Source: Octopus vulgaris
Lineage: Eukaryota
Length of the DNA: 64,000 nt
Assembly: GCA_951406725.2 (NCBI GenBank)
Contig: OX597820.1
Location: forward strand, 6,448,001-6,512,000
Direction of reading: 5' to 3'
Positions 27,802 through 40,972 of the stretch are shown here, in pieces. The translations under genes were made by a program, and so were the position numbers. The notes under the pieces were generated by a model. The model worked only from the letters and a program-made list of their open reading frames with translations, had not been told where the DNA came from and made no database searches. Positions within the stretch are counted from its first letter, which is position 1, and each line of letters begins with the position of its first letter.

Positions 27802-28140
27802 AACTACTACTACTAATAATTATAATAAACGTAACCTTAATCATAAGGCTACGGTGTCTGCGAATCATAAAATGTTGCGTACGTGTTCGATGCAGTCTGT
27901 AGTGTTTATGTGTTTAACTGTTTAATTACATTTTGCAAGATGTTTCAGTCGGACTTCAGGAAAGCTGTTTACCAGTTTCTTCCGTCTATGATGTTAATAA
28001 ACGAGTTAGATTTTATAATCTGAATTATCTGGACTTACTTTGTTGATCTCCAGATGAAACATCTTGCCATCTTGCAAGTGGTACGTAATAACAGTTGAAT
28101 TAAAATTACCTTGTGTGCGTGTGTGCTTGTGTAGTTATGT

Positions 28141-28527
28141 GGATGGAAGCACTCCGTCGGTTACGACGACGAGGGTTCCGGTTGATCCGATCAACGGAAC
28201 AGCCTGCTCGTGAAATTAACGTGTAAGTGGCTGAGCACTCCACAGACACGTGTACCCTTAACGTAGTTCTCGGGGATATTCAGCGTGACACAGAGAGTGA
28301 CAAGGCCGGCCCTTTGAAATACAGATACAACAGAAACAGGAAGTAAGAGTGAGAGGTAGTTGTGGTGAAAGAGTACAGCAGGGATCACCACCATCCCTGC
28401 CGGAGCCTCGTGGAGCTTTAGGTGTTTTCGCTCAATAAGCACTCACAACGTCCGGTCTGGGAATCGAAACCGCGATCCTACGACCGCGAGTCCGCTGTCC
28501 TAACCACTGGGTCATTGCGCCTCCGCC
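28141..28527 (-). mobile_element. SINE family C (tRNA-derived), tail type 1, with target-site duplication
   Basis: Minus head ggaggcgcaatgacccagtggttagg...ggtttcgattccc; 11-bp TSD tgtagttatgt at 28130-28140 and 28528-28538. Confidence 0.92.
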
Positions 28528-28533
28528 TGTAGT

Positions 28534-28602
<69 letters not shown>

Positions 28603-28922
28603 TAAACGGCGGGCATTTTGAACTGGCCATGATGCATACGTGCATATATATGTGGGTATACGTTCGTATATGTAAGTATTTGTATGTTGTATTGATATAT
28701 ATATATATTTATGTTTCTCTTCTGTGTGTATTCTACTGACGAGGTAAATGCAAAGTCAGAGATCCGGGATCTAGAATTATCCAGTAATTTTTTACTATTT
28801 TCACCTTGTCTCTTTGTTTTCTCTCCGTGTTGATATATGGACAATTAAGGTGGTTTTAGAGTCAGATCATGGCTGCTATTTTCAGCATGGTGGTATCTCG
28901 TAGATACCCTAATTTATAATTT

Positions 28923-28958
<36 letters not shown>

Positions 28959-29531
28959 TTTATTTATACGTGTTTGTGTGTTTGTGTACGCATATATGCT
29001 TATATTTATTTATATGTACGTATGATTATGTACACGTATGCGTATGTTGGTTCGTGTGGGACGGATGAGAGAAAACAAGGCAGTACATGCTTTAGCGGAT
29101 ATGTTTCCATGTTGAAACTGGAACTGAACATTTCGTGACGTGCTTTGAGTTTCACGCTACAGCGATCTTTTCGCTAGAGTTCTCGCTCGAAGATCGCAGA
29201 GGCTTGAGACATTAGTCGTAGGATAATCTCTCAGTTTCTGTTCTAATAAATAACTTCAGCGCCGGTCTCAGTAGCACCACAAAAATGATGGGCGCTGATC
29301 CGCCACCTTTGACTGAGCTATATACAAGCAACTTTAGAAGTAATTTCTTCCAAATTTAATCCTTATCCGTCAGTCTCGTATTTCGGATAAATTTCAGAGA
29401 ATTCGTGGGAAGTGAACAAACTCGCTTAACATAGAGGTTTTTAAAGTCTGCTGTTTGACTTATTATTCGACGTTGTGGTCAAATAAAGGCCGGCAGAAGT
29501 AAAAACAAAAGAATAGGGTAGAACCTAAAAA

Positions 29532-29584
29532 GCGGAAGTAAATATTTTCCGGAAGTAAATTTCTTCGATTCCAAAATGGAAACA
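29532..29584 (+). promoter_or_regulatory. candidate promoter: two ETS-type CGGAAGT sites followed by a YY1-like AAAATGG
   Basis: gcggaagtaaat (29532) and ccggaagtaaat (29549), then caaaatggaaac (29572), in microsatellite-free, relatively CpG-rich sequence. Motif evidence only. Confidence 0.3.
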
Positions 29585-30159
29585 GCAAGTAGGGATTCTT
29601 ACTTTTACTCCGCATTTTTCTTTAACGTTAATCCCGACCCTTCATTTTCACTTCTCTTTCACTTCTGTCGTCTATTGTATGACTCGCCATGGAAAATCCT
29701 GATCTGCGAATCGCTGTTCATATCATTCGCCAATGCAAATAGAATTATCGTTACCAATATAGAGCCCTGTAATGTCAAATTGCTGTGTATCGTTTTTAGT
29801 ACTACACAGTTATTAGTGGGACATTCACTGAGGAGACATAAAGCTAGGTCGACACAGCCAGAAGATATGATTATGTATTGACATTAAGCAAAGAATAACG
29901 TTGAACTTTTCATTGCACTCAACATTATGACTACACTGACTCAGGAATAAGACATTTCTAGAATATTTTCGAGACAAAACGGAGAATTACAAGGTTCTCT
30001 GGGGCCAACCTGCAGTTAGTTTGTATCTAGCAATCAGTTAGTTAATATAACACGCAAATGCAGAGAAGGGAGAAACACAATGGCTTATCAAGAGACCCCC
30101 CCCACAACCTAAACACAGGACATATCGACATGTCCATATCTAAATCTATCTATCTATCT

Positions 30160-30209
<50 letters not shown>

Positions 30210-30309
30210 GTGCACATATATATTTATATATATACACATATATATATATATATGGATAGATGAACGGTTAGAAAGATAGACGTAAGTAAATAGAAAGTTA
30301 GATATATAC

Positions 30310-30373
<64 letters not shown>

Positions 30374-30938
30374 AACTTCTAAGAACGGTAGAGCGATAGA
30401 TGTTATGAAATCAAATGGTAGTAGTGCGAGGGGAAAGACCAGGAGGAGAAGGGTGGTTCCATGCAATTTCTTTAAACATGCATGCACAATAGCAGTTCTT
30501 TGAATAGATTTAGAGAAATTGTCTTTGTCGATTCCTTCTGCTCAGTAGATCAGTGGACAGTCAGAGAGCAAGGTGTGCTAATGTTGGCGCCGAGATGCCG
30601 GCTTCACTTCTATCGCCATCAAAATAATTGTGCTAGAGCTGTAAAGAATAATCCTTGAGTAGCTTTATGCTAAAATGCAACACAGAAGTACATAAATAAA
30701 ATATTCTTTACACACTGACATACAGACAAACACATATACACACATCTACACACACACATACAGAGGCATACACGTACATGTACAGGCACACACAGACGTG
30801 TTTCTGTGTGTGCATAATACGTCCCATTAATTCGAACACCATCATTAGACATTATGTATACACTATGTCAATCTACCCATAATTATAAATATATAGACAC
30901 ACACATAAGCACATGGACACACATACATACATACATAC

Positions 30939-30982
<44 letters not shown>

Positions 30983-31022
30983 ATATATATATATGTATGT
31001 ATATATATATGTATGTATGTAT

Positions 31023-31066
<44 letters not shown>

Positions 31067-31118
31067 ATGTAAATATATATATATAAGTACTGATATATGC
31101 ATATATATATCATTTAAA

Positions 31119-31166
<48 letters not shown>

Positions 31167-31199
31167 TATATATGTATAAATATATTTATCTATAAATGC

Positions 31200-31258
<59 letters not shown>

Positions 31259-31475
31259 TACGCATGCACACACTCATATATAGATATATATGTATGTACA
31301 CATATGCGAATTATTACGCATACGGCTAAATTCTTGTTTTGCCAGAAGCATTCCCAGTCATATCAAGACATACTGGAAGTATATACATGTAGCAGAGAAC
31401 TATTTGTTATATAACAAATTTATATACACACACAGACACGTTCATACACGTACGTATATATATATATATATATAT

Positions 31476-31523
<48 letters not shown>

Positions 31524-31761
31524 GTACATAGCTGTATATATGTACGTATATGTGTGTGTCTGTGTATGTGTGTATGCCGTGCCTTTAAGCACATTTCTTA
31601 TGTTTGATCAGATATTTGGACCTGAGTGGACAGTAACAATGTTATGCTAATGCTGCCCGGTGGAGTGGACAGAGATCCGTCTTAAATACATCAGCTCACT
31701 GAATAGGTATATCTGTGCGTTTGAGAGTGTGGCCATCAATGTCCATATACGTGTGTGTATG

Positions 31762-31813
<52 letters not shown>

Positions 31814-31936
31814 CATGCATACATACACACACACATATATATATATACATATATATATATACATAGATACACATATATGTACGCTAATAATCTCGCGCAC
31901 ATACACGAATACATACGCTAATATATACATACATAC

Positions 31937-32005
<69 letters not shown>

Positions 32006-32129
32006 CACACATCTGTATACATATATATATATACATAAGTACACATACACACGCTCATAAACTCGCGTGCACACAGAAATATATACATATATATTTATAT
32101 ATATATTATTTATATTCTTTCTCTCTCTG

Positions 32130-32216
<87 letters not shown>

Positions 32217-34589
32217 CAACGATTTGCAGGACTGGTTAGACAGCGATGATAGTTTTTCTCTGCGGTAATCGCTCCGACAGTTTGTGTGGTGAATTCAAAT
32301 CCATCCAGAGCAGATACAGAAAGTAATTTTTCCTGCGCTTAATTCGATTATATGTCCTGCTTTATTTCTCTTCTGTACTTGTTGCGATCGAGGAATCCGA
32401 TTGTGACCAGATGTCTAGTGGGATGCTCTACGCCATAGTAACATATCAAACTGAATCTTATATTATGCCACGATCTTTGCGAATGCGTCATAGATTCAAG
32501 GGCCCAATGTTCTGGCTCAAGGAATGCATCTACACAGAAGCGTACACGCGCCCACCTGACTCACTCAGATACATAGATGCATAATGTATCTATTCCTGAA
32601 CTTATAACTAGAGGTCGTGCTTAGGGACACCATCTCTTAAAAAAGTGTAGCTAAGCATGGAATACTTATGAAGTTTCCAGAAATAAATTTGAAAAGTCGT
32701 AAGGGAATTAGCTAGCAATATTTTGAATTTTATATGTTTAATACTCTTTGTATACGTTCATACATACATACTCATACACACATAAAGACACAGAGAAATA
32801 CACTCGGGCATAGACACACCTATAACTGGAGATCGTGGTTCTACACACCTTTTGGAACTATATAGTTTTTAATTTGAAATCTATCAATAATGTTTTACCT
32901 TGCAGGTAAATATATACAATTCAAACGCTTATGTCTATCTTCATATATATATATACATATATATATATATATGTATGTATATGTCTGTGTGTGTGTGTAT
33001 GTGTGTGCGTATACTTTAATTATTTAAATAATTTTGTTCGAATATAGGCTTCAATTAGGTAACTGACACAGAAATAAGTATATACATATACACATTGGGT
33101 ATAACATACACATGCACACGCAAACACACACACACACACATATATATATATACGTTTATATTTGTGTGTGTGTGCGTATTCTATTCTCTATTTTCTCCTG
33201 TGTCCCCGCGAGCAGTATATTATTTGCCCAATGGGGAAAATATTCCACCAGTTTTATCGAAATGATGTCGGTATCGATCTTATGTGTCACCCAAATCTAG
33301 GCCTCCGTCTCATCTGTCCCCTAAAAAAGTCGTGTTCACATCACATAAGAAAACAACTTTTTTTTTTTATCCCAGTTGATCCTGGTTATTCAAAAATCTT
33401 CTGAATGAAATTTAAATAGAAAAAGATCGCAGAACATTCAAACGGTAGCTGAACAAATTCCTCCAATAAATACCAGAGAAGCCACCAATGCTTGGTTACC
33501 TCTTAGCCAACAACAACTCTTTGCTTCAGTCGTCTCTTCCGTCCAGAAACATGACTTAAAAACTCTCTCCGGGTGGTGCTGTTAAGTCAGTCGTGACCTG
33601 GGCCAATAGTAGCTAAAGCCAATCTGATATATCATGTATTATATGCATCTATATAATTATATGATGCATCTCTGTGCAATGGACTGGAAAAAATTGCACA
33701 AACATTTGACTTAAATGGAGTATAGCCTTGTGTGGAGCCCATTCCTTTCACTGCTCCTAAATTTATAACTCGAAAGCTGTGAGTGATACAGCAGTCACAA
33801 AGGGTTGAATATCAAGGAAGGTAGGGAGCAAAAACTGAAGCAAGCCACGCTGGTACTTCGCTAGGTTTGAAACTCGCATTAAATATGTATAGTTCGCTTT
33901 GCTGAAGTTTATCTTTTAATTTCAGACAGACATCAAAGTAAGATCTCGGCATGAGTAAAATTATATTTGGAACAACATAACGCAGAGACTACTTGCAGCT
34001 ATAGCTGAGATTTTCACGCATGTTCTCATTGTGCTAAAGTGTGCATGATCAATCTGGACGTGCTAGTCGACAGGGAGGTCAAAATCTCTGAGATGCAGAG
34101 AATTGATGTCCTAAGTGAATACCAGAGTCTGTCGATTCAGATCGGGTGACATGACATTGTTGTCAGAAAAGCATGGAAACTGATGTATTCCTGGACCCAG
34201 ATAGATTGTAGGACGAGGGAATAGAACTGATGGACGTTTACGCTCTAACAGACACTGAAAGCTGGATTTCTTCTGACTTTTGAAAATTTTGTTAGGAAAT
34301 TTTCACTCACTAATGAGAGTGGGTGACTAGAATGGCGTGTCTGAGATACGCAAAGATTCTGCTACGGTCGATGATAGGAGAATAAAGTGTAAACATGTAA
34401 ACATTTCGCCTAAACTTGCTCAGTTATTCTCAACTGTCAGATATAGATTTCCAAAACGCTATATTGCGGCCGTGAACAGACATCAACAGGTTAGCAGGAT
34501 CTTGTACATGGTTTTCTTCAGTTTAACTGTGTTACGCGGTAATGGATTAAACAGATTAGAAGATGCTGACATTTTTTTTATCAATTAAC

Positions 34590-34850
34590 CATTACTTGAT
34601 TCAGTCATATGAGCGCAGACATGCTGGGGCACCGCCCCAAAGAAGCTTATTCGAATGGATTGCCACATGCACTCATTTGTTAAAGCCCCGTAGATTACGT
34701 GAACGTAAACACACTAACACCGGTTATCAAACAGTGGTAGAAGACAAACACAAACACAAAAACACATGCACACACACACACACACACACGCACACATGTT
34801 TATGGTTAGAAAGCAAATGTCTTACCATAAAGCCACTTCTGCACCTAGAG
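34590..34850 (-). mobile_element. SINE family A, internally deleted degenerate copy
   Basis: ttcagtcat...catgctggggcaccgcc...aacgtaaacacactaacaccggttatcaa...cttaccataaagccacttctgcacc. Confidence 0.75.
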
Positions 34851-34869
34851 CACGCCTGAATGTATTCGG

Positions 34870-35038
34870 TCTGCCAGACGAGATGGTGAAGATGCCGACG
34901 ACCGCTTTGTTCAAAGCCTCCCTGGACCTCAAGTGGCCTGAACTCTTTACATGAACACCACCCTGTACTTAACTCCATGTCCCCCTACATGGCCTTGCTA
35001 TTTGCTTTTGAGCCAAATTAACTAACTAACTAACTAAC
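34870..35038 (+). mobile_element. CR1-type LINE, short 3' end with (CTAA)n tail
   Basis: LPDEMVKMPTTALFKASLDLKWPELFT* plus a 3' UTR nearly identical to 50326-50488; ends in actaactaactaactaac. Confidence 0.9.
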
Positions 35039-35275
35039 AAATAACATGTGGTAGGTTAAAGTATAAAATATAAATCTGCAAGTTTTAGCAAAGTTTTAGC
35101 AAGGGAGAACAGTAAATTAAAAGATATGTGAAGCAACAAGTAAGACGTAGCGAACAGAAAATGGCATCGATTGCAACGAAGCTGGCTCAGCATTTTGTAT
35201 ATAGTTTTATCTGTTTACATTCCCACATATTTGATAATCCCTATTAAACAAGAGGTTAAGTGAACGTTTATACTA

Positions 35276-35517
35276 TTGCGTTGGTGCATAATTATTGCGG
35301 CATTTTTTCAACAAATTTCTATTCAACAAAAACAATTAAAACTTGTAACAAAAACAAATTTAAATAATTATTCCGGAGCATATTCACCATCTACTTCAAT
35401 TACTACTTCCATTTGCTTGGCAGACAGTCAGTCCGTTATTTAAAGGTGGTTTGTTAAATATTGTTTTTGTCGAATCAAATTTGTCGAAAAAGCCGCAATA
35501 ATTATGCAACAAACCAA
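35276..35517 (-). mobile_element. mariner internal-deletion derivative (MITE-like) with TIRs and TA target duplication
   Basis: TIRs ta|ttgcgttggtgcataattattgcggc... and ...gccgcaataattatgcaacaaaccaa|ta; retains the transposase C-terminus LPSKWK*..IEVDGEYAPE* on the minus strand. Confidence 0.85.
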
Positions 35518-35555
35518 TAATACAAAGAAGGAAATTAAAGCGTCAGGCGACAACC

Positions 35556-35935
35556 GTAGGTGGGCTGGGAGAATCGTTAGCGCGTCGAACAAAATGCTTG
35601 GCATCAACCTTCCGATGCTATGTATTCTCAATTCCATTGAATCTGCGGCTGACTTTGCCTTCCATCGGTCGGAATCGATAGAATAGCTATCAGTTGAACA
35701 TTGGAGGTGACGTAAACGACAAGCTCTTCCAACAAGATTTTACGTACGATGTCTATAACAGAAAGGAGTATATACGTTCTGAGTTCAAATTCCACCGAAG
35801 TTGATTTCACCCTTGTACTCTCGAGTACCATCGGCCCCGGTACCGTTTGCGTACTGGGGTGGATGTCATCCACTTAACTCCCCCACTCTCGATATTACAG
35901 ACCAATATTTCGTCTGCCCAGCATTTTAAAACCAT
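35556..35935 (+). mobile_element. two adjacent degenerate SINE family B pieces
   Basis: ctgggagaatcgttagcgcgtcgaacaaaatgctt...gactttgccttccatc and acgttctgagttcaaattccaccgaagttgatttc. Confidence 0.6.
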
Positions 35936-36231
35936 TATTATCGGAAACATTTGAGAAGGGAAATGAGTACAGGTGTTACAATTTTCTACGTATGTGGTTA
36001 TATTCTTTATTCAGATACGAAATCCAGCCCATACACAACATCCCTTTCTTTGTAATTTCAAGAAAGACTCTGTATTCAATATGGCCGCCACGCAAACACA
36101 CCTTTCGTTTCATATTTTCTTTTCTTTTTTTTTTTTTTGTAGTAATTATTATATCAGGACAGCACGTGCTCAGAATTATAGCTTCTTTTATATTTACACA
36201 GCACACAAATATATACATGCATAAGTATAAG

Positions 36232-36263
<32 letters not shown>

Positions 36264-36432
36264 CATTTATATCTATATTATATATCTAAATGCACACAGT
36301 AATATATATATACACACACACAAGCACATACAGGTATACATATGCATATATATATATATTTACATACATATACATATATATATATATATATGCATATTTA
36401 CATACATATACATATATATACATATATATATT

Positions 36433-36481
<49 letters not shown>

Positions 36482-36765
36482 GGATACTGTTATTTACATA
36501 TTCTGCCAGACTCACTGATCCTGCCATTAATCTGTTTACATTGAAATGAATTCCAGTTTTTCTTTGATCGTAGGGTCGCTTACGTCCTTCCACCAATGAC
36601 TTTCTCCACACACACACACACACACACGGAAAGCACACCTAGATATACAGAAATGAACGAGACTGTAATTGAATGCATTATGTCTACTGCATAATCTGTC
36701 TGTTATATTTCGTCAGAAACACTTATTTCAACTAGTCTTCAACTCTTTATTATCCACACACACAC

Positions 36766-36807
<42 letters not shown>

Positions 36808-36850
36808 CACACACACATATTTATATATATACATTCAAATACATATATGT

Positions 36851-36919
<69 letters not shown>

Positions 36920-37058
36920 TATATATACATCACATATATGCATATATGAGATGTATATAAATTATATATGATATACATATATTTGTATAAATATCCATGG
37001 ACATACTTATGTATATACCTGTATAAATATACATATATGCATATACACACACACAAAT

Positions 37059-37121
<63 letters not shown>

Positions 37122-37679
37122 CATACACACATACTTATATATATCTACGTACGCGTCTTTCGTTGAACTTAGCCAAGCATCTTATAGATGTGGCAGTGAA
37201 ATCTCATTAACATAATTGTTTTGGCTTCCTTGAAGCTGACAATAATGGCGCCCGTTAATATTTTATACGGTCAAGCCTTACAGTGGAGTTTAAAGTTCGA
37301 TTGATTTCCTTGTTTTGGAGCCAATAATGAAAGCTGTATTAGATTTACACCAACCTCTGACGAACAACGAAGACGTTGTCATTGTTATTGCAGTCGCTCG
37401 TATTTTTACGATGGTTATTGAATCAGGTATAAATGATAGCGTCTCAACCGTTTACTCACTTCATACATACTTAATGGCCCGATATTGTTAGCTGTTTTTT
37501 TTTTACAGATTAGGTGTGGAATTCTTTGGGTGTGAGATTTCTTGAGATCCGGTGAATTCTTGGAATCAGACAATCTGGTCTGAACAGATCTAATGCAACA
37601 GATGAGGAATTTGAATATATATATATATATATGATATTTATACATACATATATAATATATATATATATGCATATATACA

Positions 37680-37725
<46 letters not shown>

Positions 37726-37881
37726 ATTTATACATACATATATAATATATATATATGCATATATGCATATATGTATATATATATGTATATATACATATAT
37801 GCATGTATATGTATATATATGCATATATATGAATACATATTAATAATTCATATACAGATATGTATATATATATATATACAG

Positions 37882-37925
<44 letters not shown>

Positions 37926-38276
37926 ATTCGCGCGCGACCACACACACACATACAAACTCCCCACACACGTATTTATAAATATATAACTTGCATAAATTTA
38001 CTGGAAAAGAGAGAGAAATTCTTGAATGAAATATCCAAAAGACAAAAAATCGAAAGAAGCTTCTATAGAAGTGAAATTAATTTGGAGAGTAAATAATTAA
38101 ATTCTAAAAACTTAAATATTCAGGAAAGTAGTCTCTCTCTTCTTTGGTAAAGCGTGAATTCTGCAAAATGTGTCTATGGTTTTAACTCAGACACTGGTTG
38201 TCTGTTACTCTGTCTCCCTGTCACACACATTCTCTCTCTCTACACCATAGGTATGCAGCACAAAACTCTATTCATA

Positions 38277-38664
38277 GACGCAGGAGTGGCTGAGTGGTAA
38301 GTAGTTTGCTTACCAGCCACATGGTTCCGGGTTCAGTCCCACTGCCTGGCACCTTGGTCAAGTGTCTTCTACTGTAACCTCGGGCAGACCAAAACCTTGT
38401 GAGTGGATTTGGTAGACGGAAACTTAAAGAATTATATATGTATATGTGTATATATATATATGTGTGTGTGTCTGTGTCTGTCCCCCCAACATCGCTTGAC
38501 AACCGATGCTGGTGTGTTTACGTCCCCGTAACTTAGCGGTTCGGCAAAAGAACCGATAGAATAAGTACTAGGCTTACAAAGATTAAGACTTGGGTTGACT
38601 TGCTCGACTAAAGGCAGCGCTCCAGCTTGGCTGCAGTCAAATAACTGAAACAATTAAAAGAGTA
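38277..38664 (+). mobile_element. SINE family A, full-length
   Basis: gacgcaggagtggctgagtggtaag...gggttcagtccc...gcagtcaaataactgaaacaattaaaagagta. Confidence 0.92.
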
Positions 38665-38951
38665 TTCCTTAATATTCCTCCATACATCATCTATTTACAT
38701 ATTCTCTTGAAGAATATTTGTGCCGTAACCTGTCGTGAATAATATGGAGCAGATTGGATGTGATTGGATTCCATAAGTTCAGTCCATTTCAGCACGAAGG
38801 TGTCAGCATGTCCTGTTCACCAACCACAATCTGGTGTAGAGGCCGTGAATTCCAGCTTGAGATCATACTGCTTTCATGAGCCTACATCTCCACATTAGCA
38901 CGACATGGCTTGACGGAGGGGTACAGCTTTAATATTCTAACAAGGGAGTCG

Positions 38952-39129
38952 TTAAGTGGATTACATCGATTCCTATGCTTACCTCGCACTTATTTTATCG
39001 ACCCCGAAAGAATGAATGTCCAAGTCGACCACGGCAGAATTTGAACTTAAGGATATTAGGAGTGATGAAATAGCGAAATGACGCCAAGCATTTCGCCCGG
39101 CTTGATAATGATTCTGCCAGCTCGCTGCT
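38952..39129 (-). mobile_element. SINE family B copy
   Basis: ttttatcgaccccgaaag...aagtcgaccacggcagaatttgaact...aagcatttcgcccgg...tctgccagctcgc. Confidence 0.85.
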
Positions 39130-39133
39130 TGTG

Positions 39134-39171
<38 letters not shown>

Positions 39172-39318
39172 GTGAAATAGAAAGATGAATAATCTTGTAG
39201 TAGATTAATCAAAAGTTTAACCGATACCTTAGTAGCAAAAATCACAGCAGTAAACAGCACGGTTGGAGGTACAACCATATGGTGTTGCAACCGTGCGTTG
39301 GTGCGGATAATTGAAATT

Positions 39319-39615
39319 AAAATATTATTGGTGAATTGAAGAAATGGAGCTGAACGCAGATTGAACAGAAATCGTTTTATTTCATTCTACACGTGAAAGG
39401 CACAATTTAAAAATCCGATTGAATAATGGACCATATTGTGTCTTTCTCTTCAGGAAGAAAATAGGATTTCCTATTTTCTTCCTGAAGAGAAAGACATGGT
39501 CCCATTATTCAATCGGATTTTGGTAAATTGTGCCTTTCGAAACACGTGTAGAATGAAATAAAACGATTTCTGTTCAATCTGCGTTCATTTCTTCAATTTC
39601 TTCAATTCACCAATA

Positions 39616-39622
<7 letters not shown>
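39319..39622. mobile_element. ~300-bp near-perfect palindrome (inverted Penelope-like pLTR pair) next to (TA)n
   Basis: Arms 39319-39466 and 39469-39622 with a 2-nt centre (aaaatagga tt tcctatttt). Confidence 0.85.
39474..39558 (+). ncRNA. minimal type I hammerhead ribozyme, intact core
   Basis: ttttcttc CTGAAGA gaaag...ctttc GAAAC acgt GTA gaatgaaa; palindromic stem III ACACGTGT; predicted cleavage after 39550. Confidence 0.85.
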
Positions 39623-39667
<45 letters not shown>

Positions 39668-40124
39668 GAAAGAGAGAAGATAAGAAATGTTAATTATTGC
39701 TTCATTTATTATTTTCACTATATATTAAAGCACGGTTTTACCTTTAAATTACCTACTACCGTATACCTTATAACTAGGACTATACATACTGAGATAATAG
39801 ACCAGGTGTACCTACGGATATATCTATCCCTTACACGGTTGCATAACTTCTAACTTATATTTTGCTTTATATATATATACACACACGCATATACATGCAT
39901 ATATATGTGTGTGTATAAATATATATATATACATATCATATATATGTATACACATATGTATATGTATACACATACAATATATATATATACATTTACACAC
40001 TAAGTATATTTACAAACATGCGAATTTGCGTTGTATGTATACAAATAATATATGTGGATATATATATGTGTGTGTGTGTGAGTGTGTGTGTGTGTGCAGC
40101 ATGTATATATATTCTTCAAAGTAA

Positions 40125-40160
<36 letters not shown>

Positions 40161-40243
40161 TGTCAGTATGACATACATCAGAAAAAGAAGCACAGTCTAA
40201 AGAATAGACCAATAAATATTTAAGCAAAAAGTTAAATTCTGGT

Positions 40244-40311
40244 CATAGAGTGACCAATGGTTTCGTATCCACGAAAGCTACATCCTTGTTAACAGCTTAT
40301 CAGACTCTATA
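40244..40311 (-). ncRNA. hammerhead ribozyme motif with a G8>A core substitution
   Basis: Minus: tatagagt CTGATAA g...c GAAAC cattg GTC actctatg; 7-8 bp stem I, stem III ACC/GGT, weak stem II; the 3' tail runs into (TA)n at ~40155. Confidence 0.7.
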
Positions 40312-40846
40312 CGAAGACAATTTAACTTTTCACCTCGCGGACGTGAGGAAATGCTAAGAAACCGAATTCTAACGGTTGACCTACAAAAACGTTATTAAGG
40401 AGAGCTCATCTTCCCTGGACCAGAGGATAAACAGAAGCTATAATCAAAACCAAAACTGCAAACGAAGTGATTCAATTTTCCAGTTGGTTGTGCTTGAAAT
40501 GAAGATATTTTGAGAAAAAATTTTTTATGGTTATTTGAGGCACCAGGCTCTCAGAACAGTTGTTAAGAATTTTGGTATTCTTCTGATGCATATTCTGCAT
40601 CACCCGCTCCGATTGATATATGAGTCTGGATGTTCTATGATCTACCACCTGATATCATATGGGGTTCTTTGATCTTTGAGGTGCCACACATGGCTGGCCA
40701 GGGGTGTGACAAAATGCTGGAACTCTAAAGGATGACTGGTGGTTGCAGAAGTGAGCAGAAAAGTTAAATGTTAAATTTGTTTTTGTATAGAGTCGTGGGT
40801 ACGAAAGCATTGGGCACCCTATGATGAGAATTTAACATTTGTTTCA

Positions 40847-40898
<52 letters not shown>

Positions 40899-40903
<5 letters not shown>

Positions 40904-40972
40904 CTTAGATAAAACTTAGATATGTTTCGACCAGAGATTGGTCCAGGCCATGTCTAACTTAATAGCACCACC
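40899..40972. repeat. ~74-bp structured repeat, copy 1, in (TA)n
   Basis: Near-identical to 42613-42686; contains the hairpin gacca-N5-tggtc. Confidence 0.85.

Noticed and set aside
28440-28527. tRNA gene calls at SINE heads (also 26498, 46024, 55930, 57965)
   Set aside because: A and B boxes are present but there is no complete cloverleaf, and each continues into a SINE body.
37356-37385. CTGACGA followed by the hairpin acaacg-aaga-cgttgt
   Set aside because: No GAAA after the hairpin and no stem I, so not a hammerhead.
37629-37765. Duplicated microsatellite cassettes (also 19795-19960)
   Set aside because: Ordinary slippage or unequal exchange in compound microsatellites.
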